Assembly: GCA_020354435.1 (NCBI GenBank)
Contig: CP070646.1
Location: 3,379,818 to 3,443,817 of the forward strand
Direction: 5' to 3'
Origin: Gammaproteobacteria bacterium
GTDB lineage: Bacteria > Pseudomonadota > Gammaproteobacteria > GCA-001735895
Length of the DNA: 64,000 bases
Positions 39,046 through 49,218 of this stretch are shown one piece after another (position 1 is the first letter of the stretch; the number at the start of each line of letters is the position of its first letter). The notes below the pieces were generated by a model, which had not been told where the DNA came from, ran no database searches, and worked only from the letters and a program-made list of their open reading frames with translations. The position numbers and the translations under genes are program-made.

Positions 39046-39621
39046 ATGGCGGCTTCGAGGAAATCCCGAATCAGAATTATCGGTGGTAAATGGCGAGGTC
39101 GAAAACTCGACGTGATCGACAGCGAAGGTTTGCGGCCGACACCGGACCGAATCCGGGAAACCCTGTTCAACTGGCTGGCGCCGTATTGCCCGGGTGCCCT
39201 GGTGCTCGATTGCTTTGCCGGCAGTGGGGCACTGGGTCTGGAAGCCCTGTCGCGCGGTGCCCGCGGGCTGGTGGCGCTGGAACAGCAGCCGGCGGCGCTG
39301 GCCAGCTTGCGCGAGCTGGCGGAAAAACTGGCTCCGGATGCGATTGAGGTTATCGCCGGCGATGCGCTGACCTCGATTGCAAGTCTCGATAAAAAGTTCG
39401 ACCTGGTGTTCATCGATCCGCCCTATGCGAGGCCGGAATTACGCCAGCAGCTATGGCGACAGCTCGAATCGCGGGATTGTCTTAAGCCCGGGGCGCGGGT
39501 TTACTTCGAGTGGCCGGTGTCAGAAGATTTCAAACTGCCTTCTGCGCAGCTTCACTGGGTAAAGCAGAAATCCGCCGGCCAGGTGAACTATGCTATAGCG
39601 GAATGGCAGGTAAGTCGTTAA
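39046..39621 (+). CDS. rsmD: 16S rRNA (guanine966-N2)-methyltransferase
   Basis: 191-aa ORF with RIIGGKWRGRKL, RPTPDRIRETLFNWL and DPPY motifs. It is divergent from ftsY. Confidence 0.9.
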   Translation: MAASRKSRIRIIGGKWRGRKLDVIDSEGLRPTPDRIRETLFNWLAPYCPGALVLDCFAGSGALGLEALSRGARGLVALEQQPAALASLRELAEKLAPDAIEVIAGDALTSIASLDKKFDLVFIDPPYARPELRQQLWRQLESRDCLKPGARVYFEWPVSEDFKLPSAQLHWVKQKSAGQVNYAIAEWQVSR

Positions 39622-39673
39622 AATCTGGCGTTTATTTTGCCCGGCAGCAAATGCCGAACAGCAGGTGTAATCC

Positions 39674-40436
<763 letters not shown>

Positions 40437-40439
40437 CTT

Positions 40440-40544
40440 GTTATTGCGAGCCCCGGATCGAGTCCGGGGCAGGCTGCGCGAAGCAGTCTCCGGAAGATTG
40501 CTTCGTCCCGCCGCTGCCTGCGGCCTCGCGGTCCTCGCAATGAC
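40440..40544. repeat. Nested-palindrome intergenic repeat, family A copy 3
   Basis: GTTATTGCGAG, then an extra hairpin CCCCGGATCGAGTCCGGGG, then GCGAAGCAGTC...GATTGCTTCG...GGCCTCGCGGTCCTCGCAATGAC. It lies between the convergent ferredoxin and ggt genes. Confidence 0.75.
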
Positions 40545-40596
40545 TCGATCCGACGCAAGAAGGGAATCCTCGTAGTGGCCAGTCGCCATGTACTAC

Positions 40597-42258
40597 TCAA
40601 TAGCCGCCGACGGCACCCTCGCTACGATTATCGTATGCCGCCTCGAGATAGTTCTTGTCGTTCAGGCGCACCGCCTTGATTCGGCCCAGGTATCCCGGAC
40701 GTTGTTCCACGGTTACGTGGCCGCGCTGCTGCAGGCCGGTCACGATCTCGGGCGAGAACTTGAACTCATCCAGATAAAGCTTGTTGGGCAGGAACTGGTG
40801 ATGTACCCGCGGGAATTGTACCGCGCGGTCGATATCCAGCCCGGTTACGAGCACGCGATAAATCGTCTGAATCACACTGCTGATTATTCTCGGCCCGCCG
40901 GCTGCCCCCAGCGCCATGACGATCCTGCCGTCCTTTGCCACCATCGTCGGGCTCATCGAGCTGAGTGGCCGCTTGCCCGGTTGCACGCGGTTGCCGTAAC
41001 CCTGCACCAGGCCGAACATGTTGGGCTCGCCGGGGCGGGTGGTAAAGTCGTCCATTTCGTTGTTGAGCGAAATGCCATATTTATCTGAAACCACGCCGGA
41101 ACCGTAACTGCCGTTCAGGGTTACCGTCAGCGTGATTGCGTTGCCGTCTGCGTCCAGAACCGAAAACTGCGTGGTTTCGCTGGAATCATCGATGGCTTTG
41201 TCGACCAGCGGCTCGAGCTGCACCGACCGTTCGGGATCGATACTGCGGGCCATTTGGTCGAGATAACCTGGCGACAGGATTAAGTCCAACGGATTGTCAT
41301 GAAAGTCCGGATCGCCGAGCAGCGCTCGACCGCGGAAAGACCGGTTCAGCACTTCCGCCATTAAATGGATCTCGTCGACGCTCAGTGGTTGCTGTTGATC
41401 GATGCCGACCTTGTCGAACAGTTCGAACGCGGCCTTGATCACGGCGCCGCCGCTGCTTGGCGGTGGCATGGTGTAGAGCCTGTGTCCGTGGAACTCGGTT
41501 TCCAGCGGCTGGAGCCAGCGCACCCGGTAGTTGGCCAGGTCTGCCGCGGTAATAACACCATCCTCGGCCTGTACCGTGGCGGCGATATCGCGGGCCACGT
41601 CACCGGAATAAAACCCGGCGGGACCCTGGTCGCGCAGCAATTGCAGCGCCTGCGCCAAAGCGGGTTGTTTCAGGACCTCACCGGGTTTGTAGTGCTGTTC
41701 CGGTGTTTTATAGAAATGCCGCAGGCCGGCGGTGTTGAAGCGATCCTTCTGACCTGCGGAGTAGCGCGACTCGGTGCCGGAAAACTCGATACCGTCCTGC
41801 GCCAGCCGGATCGCGGCGTCGAACAGCTGCGGCCACGACAGCTTGCCGTAGCGTTCATGCAGCGCCCAGAGCCCCGCGGGTACACCGGGTACACCGATTG
41901 CTGCGCCTCCGTTCCACGATGCGCCTTTGCCCCGTTTGACGTAAAAATCGGGCGAGGTTGACGCCGGTGCCATTTCCCTGAAATCCAGCACGTCGATCCC
42001 CTGGCCCATACTGACCAGCGCAAAACCGCCGCCACCGAGCGAAGCGTTGGACGGATTGGTCACGCTCAGGGTCAGGCCGACGGTAACCGCGACGTCGATC
42101 AGATTGCCGCCGCGCGCGTAAATCGCCTTGCCGGCCTCGACCGCGTAGGCCGATGGCGCCGAAATCATGATGCGAGTGCCCTCGGCCGGGACAGCCATTG
42201 CGGCGAATGAGAAAACCAGCGCGAACGCGGCAAGGCAGAAACGGCAATGGGTTTTCAT
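40597..42258 (-). CDS. ggt: Gamma-glutamyltranspeptidase
   Basis: 553-aa ORF with a signal peptide, an autoprocessing-site region (SETTQFSVLD) and C-terminal GAAGGPRIIS. Confidence 0.9.
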   Translation of the reverse strand: MKTHCRFCLAAFALVFSFAAMAVPAEGTRIMISAPSAYAVEAGKAIYARGGNLIDVAVTVGLTLSVTNPSNASLGGGGFALVSMGQGIDVLDFREMAPASTSPDFYVKRGKGASWNGGAAIGVPGVPAGLWALHERYGKLSWPQLFDAAIRLAQDGIEFSGTESRYSAGQKDRFNTAGLRHFYKTPEQHYKPGEVLKQPALAQALQLLRDQGPAGFYSGDVARDIAATVQAEDGVITAADLANYRVRWLQPLETEFHGHRLYTMPPPSSGGAVIKAAFELFDKVGIDQQQPLSVDEIHLMAEVLNRSFRGRALLGDPDFHDNPLDLILSPGYLDQMARSIDPERSVQLEPLVDKAIDDSSETTQFSVLDADGNAITLTVTLNGSYGSGVVSDKYGISLNNEMDDFTTRPGEPNMFGLVQGYGNRVQPGKRPLSSMSPTMVAKDGRIVMALGAAGGPRIISSVIQTIYRVLVTGLDIDRAVQFPRVHHQFLPNKLYLDEFKFSPEIVTGLQQRGHVTVEQRPGYLGRIKAVRLNDKNYLEAAYDNRSEGAVGGY

Positions 42259-42271
42259 CGGCTGTTCCGGC

Positions 42272-43030
42272 CTAGTCGGCGTAGCCCGGCATTTCGCGAT
42301 CGAGCACGCGCTTCATGGCTTCGAAGTACAGCTGGTCGCGCCGACCCTTGTGGCGGTCGCTGTCGTCGGGCGTCTGCACCTGTTGTATTACGGCTTCCGA
42401 TATTGGCGCCAGTTTCTGGCCGGTGCTCATCGCACGGATTTGTGCGCGGCAAACACGCTCGAGCAGATATAACCTGCGATAGGCCCTGGCGAGGCTATCA
42501 TCGGCGACCAGTACGCCGTGATTTTTTAGGAATATGATTTCGCCATCGCCGAGCAGGCTGGCCAGTCGTTCGCCTTCTTCGAGCGTATCGGCGGTGCCCG
42601 GGTAGTGATCGTCGTAGACAATGCGGTTTGCGAAAAAAGCAGAGGTCTGGCAGGCGATGACAAGCCGATTATCTTCGAGCATGTTCAGCGCCAGGGCCCA
42701 GTTCTGGTGCGTGTGCAGGACCACGCGTTTGCCGCTGATGCGATGAATCGGTGCATGGATGCATTGTGCCGACAGTTCGACCGTACCATCGCCCTCGAGC
42801 GTCTCGCCGGCTTCGTTGAAGGTGATCATGTCGCTGGCGCGCGCTTCCGACCAGTGCAGGCCGAACGGCAGCACCAGGTAGCGGTCGTCGTATCCCGGTA
42901 CGGTCACGGTGAAGTGGTTGTCGATACCTTCCTCGAGTTCGTGGTAGACCGCCAGGCGTAACGCTGCGGCAAGGTCGATCTTGGCCTGCGTTACCGCGTC
43001 GGTATTCGAGTCGATTGCGTGGATGGACAT
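42272..43030 (-). CDS. Class II aldolase/adducin-domain protein
   Basis: About 250 aa with the typical HFTV...HTHQ...IFLKNHGVLV pattern. I prefer the ATG at 43030, which is preceded by GGGGA. The track ORF begins at 43072. Confidence 0.75.
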   Translation of the reverse strand: MSIHAIDSNTDAVTQAKIDLAAALRLAVYHELEEGIDNHFTVTVPGYDDRYLVLPFGLHWSEARASDMITFNEAGETLEGDGTVELSAQCIHAPIHRISGKRVVLHTHQNWALALNMLEDNRLVIACQTSAFFANRIVYDDHYPGTADTLEEGERLASLLGDGEIIFLKNHGVLVADDSLARAYRRLYLLERVCRAQIRAMSTGQKLAPISEAVIQQVQTPDDSDRHKGRRDQLYFEAMKRVLDREMPGYAD

Positions 43031-43123
43031 ATTGTTTCCCCGGATCAGGTCGAGGGGTCGATGATAAAGCAAATTCTCGTTGATAGAAATTCCGGGCGGA
43101 TAGCTATAGGGCTTCCAGGGGCA

Positions 43124-43240
43124 CGGCTAGCGGGAGGGTTTTTCAGAAACGGCGTTAATACGTCCATGTAGCCTCGCGCGCCGGATGCGGAACACAACAT
43201 CCCTGTTGTGCAGCGTTCTGAAAAACCCTCCCGCTAGCCG
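43124..43240. repeat. Large palindromic intergenic element
   Basis: Arms CGGCTAGCGGGAGGGTTTTTCAGAAACG / CGTTCTGAAAAACCCTCCCGCTAGCCG (27 of 28, one 1-nt indel). They enclose the hairpin CACAAC-ATCCCT-GTTGTG and a GCCTCGCG motif. Confidence 0.6.
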
Positions 43241-43336
43241 CGCTTCGGCAGTTGTCCCATCCGCATTCCAGTGAAGACGACTAGAGGGTTTGTGAGATCA
43301 AATAGGAGCTGCAGTGCTTGCGGGTTGAATTGCATG

Positions 43337-45421
43337 TCAGGTGGTCAGGCTGCGGTAGATTTCGGAGATGCGAAAAGGCAGCTTGTCGATGTCGTCGATT
43401 AGCACGTAAGCGGAGTCGCCATACATGTGCGGCAGGTATTCGCGCGCCTCTTCGTCGATAGTGATGCAGAACGGATGGATGCCGCGCCGTCGAGCCTCGA
43501 ACAGGGCCATGCGCGTGTCCTCGATGCCGTACTCGCCGTGATACGTGTCATAGTCGTCTGGCTTGCCGTCGGACAGCGTGACCAGCAGCTTGGTGCGTGC
43601 GCGGACATTGTCGAGCAGATGGCTCAGGTGACGGATGGTGGCGCCCATGCGCGTATAATCCTGTGGCTCGATCGCGGCGATACGGGCACGGGTCTTTTCG
43701 TCGTAGACTTCGTCGAAAGTCTTGATCCGGTAAATTTCGCAACGCTTGCGCGTATTGCCCGAGAAACCGTAAATCGCGTAGCGGTCGTCGAGCGAGCTCA
43801 AAGCCTCGGCCAGCAGAATCAGCGCTTCGCGCTGCGCGGTATTGATCCAGCCCTTGGTCGAACCACTCATGTCGACCATCAGAATGACGGCGATATTGCG
43901 TTCGACGCGGTGCGCCTTGCGATATATGCGCGAAGTCATTTCCATACCGCTGCGGACGTCGGCGATGGCCTCGACCAGTGCGTCGAAATCCAGGTTTTCA
44001 CCGTGCGGCTGTTTTTTAAGAATCCTGTATTCGTCGCGCAGGGCCTCGAAGCTGCGCCGCAGCGATTTGATGTGTCCACGGTACTTCTGCAATGTATCTG
44101 CTACAAAGCTGGAATCGTAATCCGGCTGGATTCCGCGTTCGCGCACGGTGCACCAACGCTTGCGGTGTGCCTTGCGCGTGCAGTCCCATTCATCGTAGAG
44201 GAATGCACCTTTTTCTTGATACCGGGCTATGCCGGCATCTTCCGGCTGATCTTGACCTGACTGTGCCTGCAAGTCGTCGTGATATCCGCTACTCGCTGCT
44301 GCCTGAAGATAATCGGGCGGTATTTCGCCGAGATCCTGCAGAATCGACGTCACCAGGCTGTCGACCTCTTCGTCCGCCGGCATGGGTATGCCCTCGAACT
44401 CGAATCCGGGCTTCGAATCAGGCCCGTGTCTGAAGTCGAAGTTGCGCTCGCGCTGCGCCTGCGTATCGGTTGTGGCGGGGTCATCCGGCGCCTCGATCCG
44501 CTGTTCCTCGGCGAGCCGTGTAAGGGCTGCCCGCAGCTGCTGCTTTTCACGCTCCAGGCGCGTTTCCACCTTCTGCTGAACGCGCTCGGGATCCAGTCTG
44601 CCCTGGTAAACGAAGGGATCAGGCCGGGGTTTGTCCCAGTGTTCGGCGCTAAGCCGAATGGAATCGAAAACGCTACTCGTCGGCTTGCTCAGTTCTGCCT
44701 CTATCTGTCGCCAGATTTGCGGGATTTCCGGCTGCAGGCTGTTGAGCTGGCGTGCCAGCCCCGGATAGTCCCGCGCGATACAGGCGTTCAGGCGCAGCGT
44801 CTCGAGAAAGTGGAAGGTACGCAGCATCGGTTCTTCGCGCGGAATATCGGCCAGCGCATCGGCTCGCCAGGTACCGTACCAGCATTGTGCCCACTGGTGT
44901 ACCGCTATCGCCTTGAAACAGGTGAAGTTTTCCTGCGTACTGCCAAACTGGTCGATGACCGTCGGCAAACGCAGGGTCTCGCTATCGGTGTAAATCGAAT
45001 GGCTGGATTCGAGCGTCAGTCGACGACCGTTGAGACCGTGCAGGAAATGCTGCATCAGGCCTCCAATACGAGCAAATTCGAGACCGCGCGAGCGCTTGCG
45101 CTGGTCGGCGACAAACTGCTCGAGATTCTTCAGGGCCAGCAGCGCCGGCTGTAAACCGCGCTCGAAATAAATGTCGAGGGCGGACTGGAGCCAGGCCTCG
45201 CAGCCTTCGCGGCCGATAGTCTGTAACGCGGTGCCGGCCTGGCTGGCGAACTGGTAACCGATTTCGGGCTCGGTTTTCGCAAGCGACAGGACCCAGTCGA
45301 GGACGAAACGCTGCCAGCGAGGTTCCAGCCCGAGGATGAAGTCGACGACTTCGGCGATCGTCCAGCTATTGAAAAAATAGGGCTCGAGCTGCTGTTGCAG
45401 GGACTCGCGTTCGAGTTTCAT
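43337..45421 (-). CDS. NorD/CbbO-like protein with C-terminal von Willebrand factor A domain
   Basis: About 694 aa. The C-terminal VWA has the MIDAS motif DMSGST and LLVTLSDGKPDDYD...YGIEDTR...PFCITID, typical of NorD/CbbO. The ATG at 45421 overlaps the mutM TGA (ATGA). The track ORF begins at 45499, inside mutM. Confidence 0.8.
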   Translation of the reverse strand: MKLERESLQQQLEPYFFNSWTIAEVVDFILGLEPRWQRFVLDWVLSLAKTEPEIGYQFASQAGTALQTIGREGCEAWLQSALDIYFERGLQPALLALKNLEQFVADQRKRSRGLEFARIGGLMQHFLHGLNGRRLTLESSHSIYTDSETLRLPTVIDQFGSTQENFTCFKAIAVHQWAQCWYGTWRADALADIPREEPMLRTFHFLETLRLNACIARDYPGLARQLNSLQPEIPQIWRQIEAELSKPTSSVFDSIRLSAEHWDKPRPDPFVYQGRLDPERVQQKVETRLEREKQQLRAALTRLAEEQRIEAPDDPATTDTQAQRERNFDFRHGPDSKPGFEFEGIPMPADEEVDSLVTSILQDLGEIPPDYLQAAASSGYHDDLQAQSGQDQPEDAGIARYQEKGAFLYDEWDCTRKAHRKRWCTVRERGIQPDYDSSFVADTLQKYRGHIKSLRRSFEALRDEYRILKKQPHGENLDFDALVEAIADVRSGMEMTSRIYRKAHRVERNIAVILMVDMSGSTKGWINTAQREALILLAEALSSLDDRYAIYGFSGNTRKRCEIYRIKTFDEVYDEKTRARIAAIEPQDYTRMGATIRHLSHLLDNVRARTKLLVTLSDGKPDDYDTYHGEYGIEDTRMALFEARRRGIHPFCITIDEEAREYLPHMYGDSAYVLIDDIDKLPFRISEIYRSLTT

Positions 45422-46227
45422 GACTGGCACTGCGGGCAGTAGTAACTGGATCTCTGCCCCAGCACGACGTGTTTGATCGGCGTGCCGCAAACTTTGCAAT
45501 CGGCTTTATTGCCGTAAACCAGCAGCTCCTGGCGGAAATATCCCGGATTGCCGTCGGCCTGGGTGAAGTCCTGCAGTGTCGTACCGCCGCATGCGATTGC
45601 GCTGTGCAGGGTTTGGCGGACGGCTTCGACCAGTTTGGCGATACGAGGTTTGCTGACGCGCCGCGCCGCTCGGCCAGGGCGAATGCCGGCGCGATAAAGC
45701 GCTTCGCTGGCGTAGATATTGCCTACGCCGACGACTATGTGGCTGTTCATCAGTACGTTCTTGATTGCCGCGCTTCGCTGGCGGCAGCAGCGATGCAGGT
45801 ATTCCGCATGAAACTGGTCGCCCAGCGGTTCCGGGCCGAGTTCGCGCAAAAGAGGATGTTGCAGCGGGCTCGTTGCGCTATACAGCAGTGCCCCGAAACG
45901 GCGCGGATCGCGAAATTTTAGCGCCTGGCCGTTGCCGAGCTGCAGCTCGACATGTTCATGCAACTGCGCGGCCGTGCCGACCGGTAGGACGCGCATGCTG
46001 CCGGACATGCCCAGATGCCAGATCAGGCTGCCTTCATCGAGGCGCATGATCAGGTACTTGCCGCGGCGCGATACGTCGAGTATGCGACGGCCTTCTAGCC
46101 GTGCGACTTCGGCGCTGATTGGCCAACGCAGGCGAGTTTCGCGCAGTACGACTGCGTCTATGCGCTGGCCGCATACCTGCGGTTCGATTCCGCGTCGCGT
46201 TGTTTCGACTTCTGGCAGTTCTGGCAT
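45418..46227 (-). CDS. mutM: Formamidopyrimidine-DNA glycosylase
   Basis: MPELPEVET N-terminus (catalytic Pro2), an H2TH region and the C-terminal zinc finger CKVCGTPI...CPQCQ. Confidence 0.95.
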   Translation of the reverse strand: MPELPEVETTRRGIEPQVCGQRIDAVVLRETRLRWPISAEVARLEGRRILDVSRRGKYLIMRLDEGSLIWHLGMSGSMRVLPVGTAAQLHEHVELQLGNGQALKFRDPRRFGALLYSATSPLQHPLLRELGPEPLGDQFHAEYLHRCCRQRSAAIKNVLMNSHIVVGVGNIYASEALYRAGIRPGRAARRVSKPRIAKLVEAVRQTLHSAIACGGTTLQDFTQADGNPGYFRQELLVYGNKADCKVCGTPIKHVVLGQRSSYYCPQCQS

Positions 46228-46236
46228 CGGGTTAGC

Positions 46237-47028
46237 TTAGCGTTGATGGAACACCCAGGCCAGTGCGATTCCGCCCATCCAGGACTCGCGTTCCGTTACC
46301 AGCGGGCTGTCGTCGATCTCCGAGTCGCGCAGGTTGTCGTAGCGCAAAAACCCGCCGAGCCAGTAGTCGCCAAGGCGTTTGCTATAGGTGAATTCGCCGC
46401 GATACCCGCTGAAACCGCCGTCGGCGTCGTAAGCCGGACGGGTCGCGGTGGCATCGCCAGGATCGACCGAGTAAAAATAGTCATGATACTCGTCGCTTAC
46501 GTATATTGGCCCGATGAGAAAGTGCAGCTTCCATTCGCCCAGCCGCGTGGCCGGTTTGCGCCAGGACAGGCGTGGCTGGAACACGCGGCCTATATTGTCA
46601 GGACTGCTGCCGAGCGCATAGGCGAAGCGTAGCGGCAGGTCGATCCACCAGCCGCTGTCCTGCAGGCGCAGAAACCGATAGTTTAGCGATGGGCCGATTT
46701 CGACAATCGCGTCCAGGTCATCCATGCCCTCGCGCTCGGGCGTATCGTCGTCGGTCGGTAGCGCAAAGTCGGCGCTCAACGTAAACAGCCAGTCGCTGCT
46801 TTCGTAGACGATACCCTGTATGCCCTCGTCGACCCGCAGCACTTCGCCACGGTATTTGATATAGGGGAACGGCAGGACGAGGGTTGAAGAGCTGGAAGAA
46901 CCGCGATAATCCGGTGCGTCGAGTACGAACAGGCCGGCCCCGAGTTCGAGGCGCGGTAGCGGCTCCTGCGCCAGCGCGGTACTCGTCAACAATGCAAACA
47001 ACAAGCTAAGCGGGATTTTCATCGCCAC
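46237..47028 (-). CDS. MipA/OmpV family outer-membrane protein
   Basis: 263-aa ORF with a signal peptide (ALA-QE), beta-barrel-like alternating pattern, a DAPDYRGS motif near the N-terminus and a C-terminal aromatic residue. Confidence 0.75.
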   Translation of the reverse strand: MAMKIPLSLLFALLTSTALAQEPLPRLELGAGLFVLDAPDYRGSSSSSTLVLPFPYIKYRGEVLRVDEGIQGIVYESSDWLFTLSADFALPTDDDTPEREGMDDLDAIVEIGPSLNYRFLRLQDSGWWIDLPLRFAYALGSSPDNIGRVFQPRLSWRKPATRLGEWKLHFLIGPIYVSDEYHDYFYSVDPGDATATRPAYDADGGFSGYRGEFTYSKRLGDYWLGGFLRYDNLRDSEIDDSPLVTERESWMGGIALAWVFHQR

Positions 47029-47854
47029 CTAGGGATATCAACTGATAGTAGAGATCATCGCTGAAATGATATTGCAGTCCGGTCTGCGGATTGGCGATGA
47101 CGATTTCGGGATCGATCGACATCAGGTAAAGCTCGAGGGTTTGTCCATCGGCGAAGCGGGCTTCGATTTTCTGCCGCGGAGTACCCGTGGCCCTGTGAGG
47201 CTTTATGCGTGATGCTTCAAGCCCCTGCCAATTGTCAACCAGCTGTTGCAGCTGCCCGTGGTCGAAATCGGTGCCCGCTGCGCGCCATTGATCGCCAGCA
47301 CGCTCGATCGGCAGGCCGGGCAGACGCAGCGCCTCGAGCCCCAGTTTTTTCGGCAACAGCCGGCGGTCGACGAAGCCAGTCAGGCCCTGGATAATAAATG
47401 GCAGATGCACATCGGGCAACAAAAACACGGTCGAACCGATCATCGTATAGCGGCGTTCACCGATATTATTGGTCGTACCAAAGAGCACTCGAGTATCGTT
47501 CAGGCGCAGCATGGCTTTTGGAAAATCGAGTCCCAGCGTCGACAGATCGATTGCGTCCGCTGCGAGTCGAGAATCGGTCCCGCTATTGACGATATCAAGC
47601 AGGCGTTCGACGTTGATATTGTTACCGGGCCAGCGAATCGGCGATTCCACGAGCCAGCCACCGCCGTCACGCCTGAGAGAGAGCGACCCGTCCGCGGTCC
47701 GGATTTCAATCGATTCTATCTCCGCGGCATCGAGTCCGGTAACGTTCGGTTTCGATTTATAGCCGGTTTCAACATCGTAACGGTTACCGATATAGGCAAA
47801 CACCACGATCAGCACGATCAACACATAGTTGATGATCCAGCGTCGCGAAAACAT
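47006..47854 (-). CDS. DUF4340-like protein (accessory to GldG-type ABC systems)
   Basis: 282-aa ORF with an N-terminal TM anchor. Its position immediately after a GldG-like gene is the usual context for DUF4340. Confidence 0.6.
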   Translation of the reverse strand: MFSRRWIINYVLIVLIVVFAYIGNRYDVETGYKSKPNVTGLDAAEIESIEIRTADGSLSLRRDGGGWLVESPIRWPGNNINVERLLDIVNSGTDSRLAADAIDLSTLGLDFPKAMLRLNDTRVLFGTTNNIGERRYTMIGSTVFLLPDVHLPFIIQGLTGFVDRRLLPKKLGLEALRLPGLPIERAGDQWRAAGTDFDHGQLQQLVDNWQGLEASRIKPHRATGTPRQKIEARFADGQTLELYLMSIDPEIVIANPQTGLQYHFSDDLYYQLISLGGDENPA

Positions 47855-49218
47855 TAGCGTTTGCGCCGCCTGAGCCAGATGCGCAGGCCACTGCCGAGCA
47901 AGCCCAGCGGCAGCAGTATCAGGAAAAAGACCGCTATCGCGATTTGTTCCGGCGGCGAAAACTCAAGCCGGGTATCCGGTGCCGGGCGAGGACTGATCGC
48001 GATCAGCTGGTCGTCGTGGCTAAGCCAGTTGAGCAGGTTGACGCCGATCTCCAGGTTGCTGCCGTTGCCGAGATAACGGTTCGACAGAAAATCGGCGTCA
48101 CCGACGACCGCGACCCGCTGATCGTAGGCTTCACCCTCGTCATTTTGCTGGCTGCGCGCCAGCGTCAGACCGATTTTCAGCGGCCCCTGGTTTTCATCAT
48201 CGTGATCGCCGTTGAAAATTTCGCCGCTTAACTCTCCGGTTTCATTCCAGCTACGACTATCGCTGTGCAGAAACACTTGCTGCTGCCAGCTGTCTTCGCC
48301 GTGAAATTCGAGCGCCTGGGCCTGCGGGAACAGTGACAGGCTGTTGAGATTTTGGGTCACCGGGTGTCGCGGGTATTCGCCCACGAGCGCGAAATCGATC
48401 CGGTTGAGACCCATCAGCTGGCTGTTGGGATCGACGATGATCCCCGGCAGGAATTCGATCGCGAGTTGATCCGCGAGCAGGTCGAGACCGTCGATCGCCT
48501 GTTCCGGGTCGGCCAGCCACAACAGGTTTCCACCGTCTTCTATATAGGCGCGCAGGATCTCGATTTCGCCCGGCAGCAGCGGTACCTTGGGACTTGCCAG
48601 TATGAGCACGTCGGTGTTTTGCGGAACATCGCTGGTCTGGGTCAGGTTCAGGTTTTCGATACGGTAGCCTTTGCCTGCCAGCTGGGTCGCCAGCAGGCTG
48701 TAGTCGTGATTCGCTTCGCGATAGGGATGGCGTTCGCCGTGACCCTCGAGAAATACCAGCCAACGCTCACCCTGGCGCAACAGGCGCTGGATTGCGCTGC
48801 TGACCGATGCTTCGGTGACCTGCGAGACTTTCTCGCTGCGGCCCTGGTACTCGAGCAGGACTTCGCCATCGTAGCGAATATCGTGTTTGCGCAACAGGTC
48901 AGGGTGCAGATCGGGATTGAGGCTGTCGAAGCTGATGTTGGGCTGTAGCGACTGGTAACGCTCGAACAGACTCTCGAGCAGCGGCTTGCTGTCGTTGATC
49001 GGCGATACGAACAGGGTTACCTGCAACGGCTTTTCGATTCCAGCCACCAGTCGCGCCGATTCCTGTGACAGGCTGTTGCGCGCGTTCGCGCTCATGTCGA
49101 AGGAAAGCTGGTAACGCTCGGTAAGCCAGGCCAGTACTGCCAGCAAGGCGACAAACAGTAGGAGGAAAACGCCGGACTGAATCCGGTACTGCAGGCGCGT
49201 GCGGGCATTCACCTTCAC
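47854..49218 (-). CDS. GldG-like ABC transporter auxiliary protein
   Basis: About 454 aa with N- and C-terminal TM anchors flanking a large periplasmic domain. I prefer the GTG start at 49218, which overlaps the permease TGA (GTGA). The track ORF extends to 49407, inside the permease gene. Confidence 0.7.
   Translation of the reverse strand: MKVNARTRLQYRIQSGVFLLLFVALLAVLAWLTERYQLSFDMSANARNSLSQESARLVAGIEKPLQVTLFVSPINDSKPLLESLFERYQSLQPNISFDSLNPDLHPDLLRKHDIRYDGEVLLEYQGRSEKVSQVTEASVSSAIQRLLRQGERWLVFLEGHGERHPYREANHDYSLLATQLAGKGYRIENLNLTQTSDVPQNTDVLILASPKVPLLPGEIEILRAYIEDGGNLLWLADPEQAIDGLDLLADQLAIEFLPGIIVDPNSQLMGLNRIDFALVGEYPRHPVTQNLNSLSLFPQAQALEFHGEDSWQQQVFLHSDSRSWNETGELSGEIFNGDHDDENQGPLKIGLTLARSQQNDEGEAYDQRVAVVGDADFLSNRYLGNGSNLEIGVNLLNWLSHDDQLIAISPRPAPDTRLEFSPPEQIAIAVFFLILLPLGLLGSGLRIWLRRRKR

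Noticed and set aside
43427-45154. 277-aa and 291-aa ORFs antisense to the VWA gene, and the 315-aa ORF (49985-50932) antisense to the ABC ATPase
   Set aside because: These are shadow ORFs opposite genes with clear Walker or MIDAS motifs.
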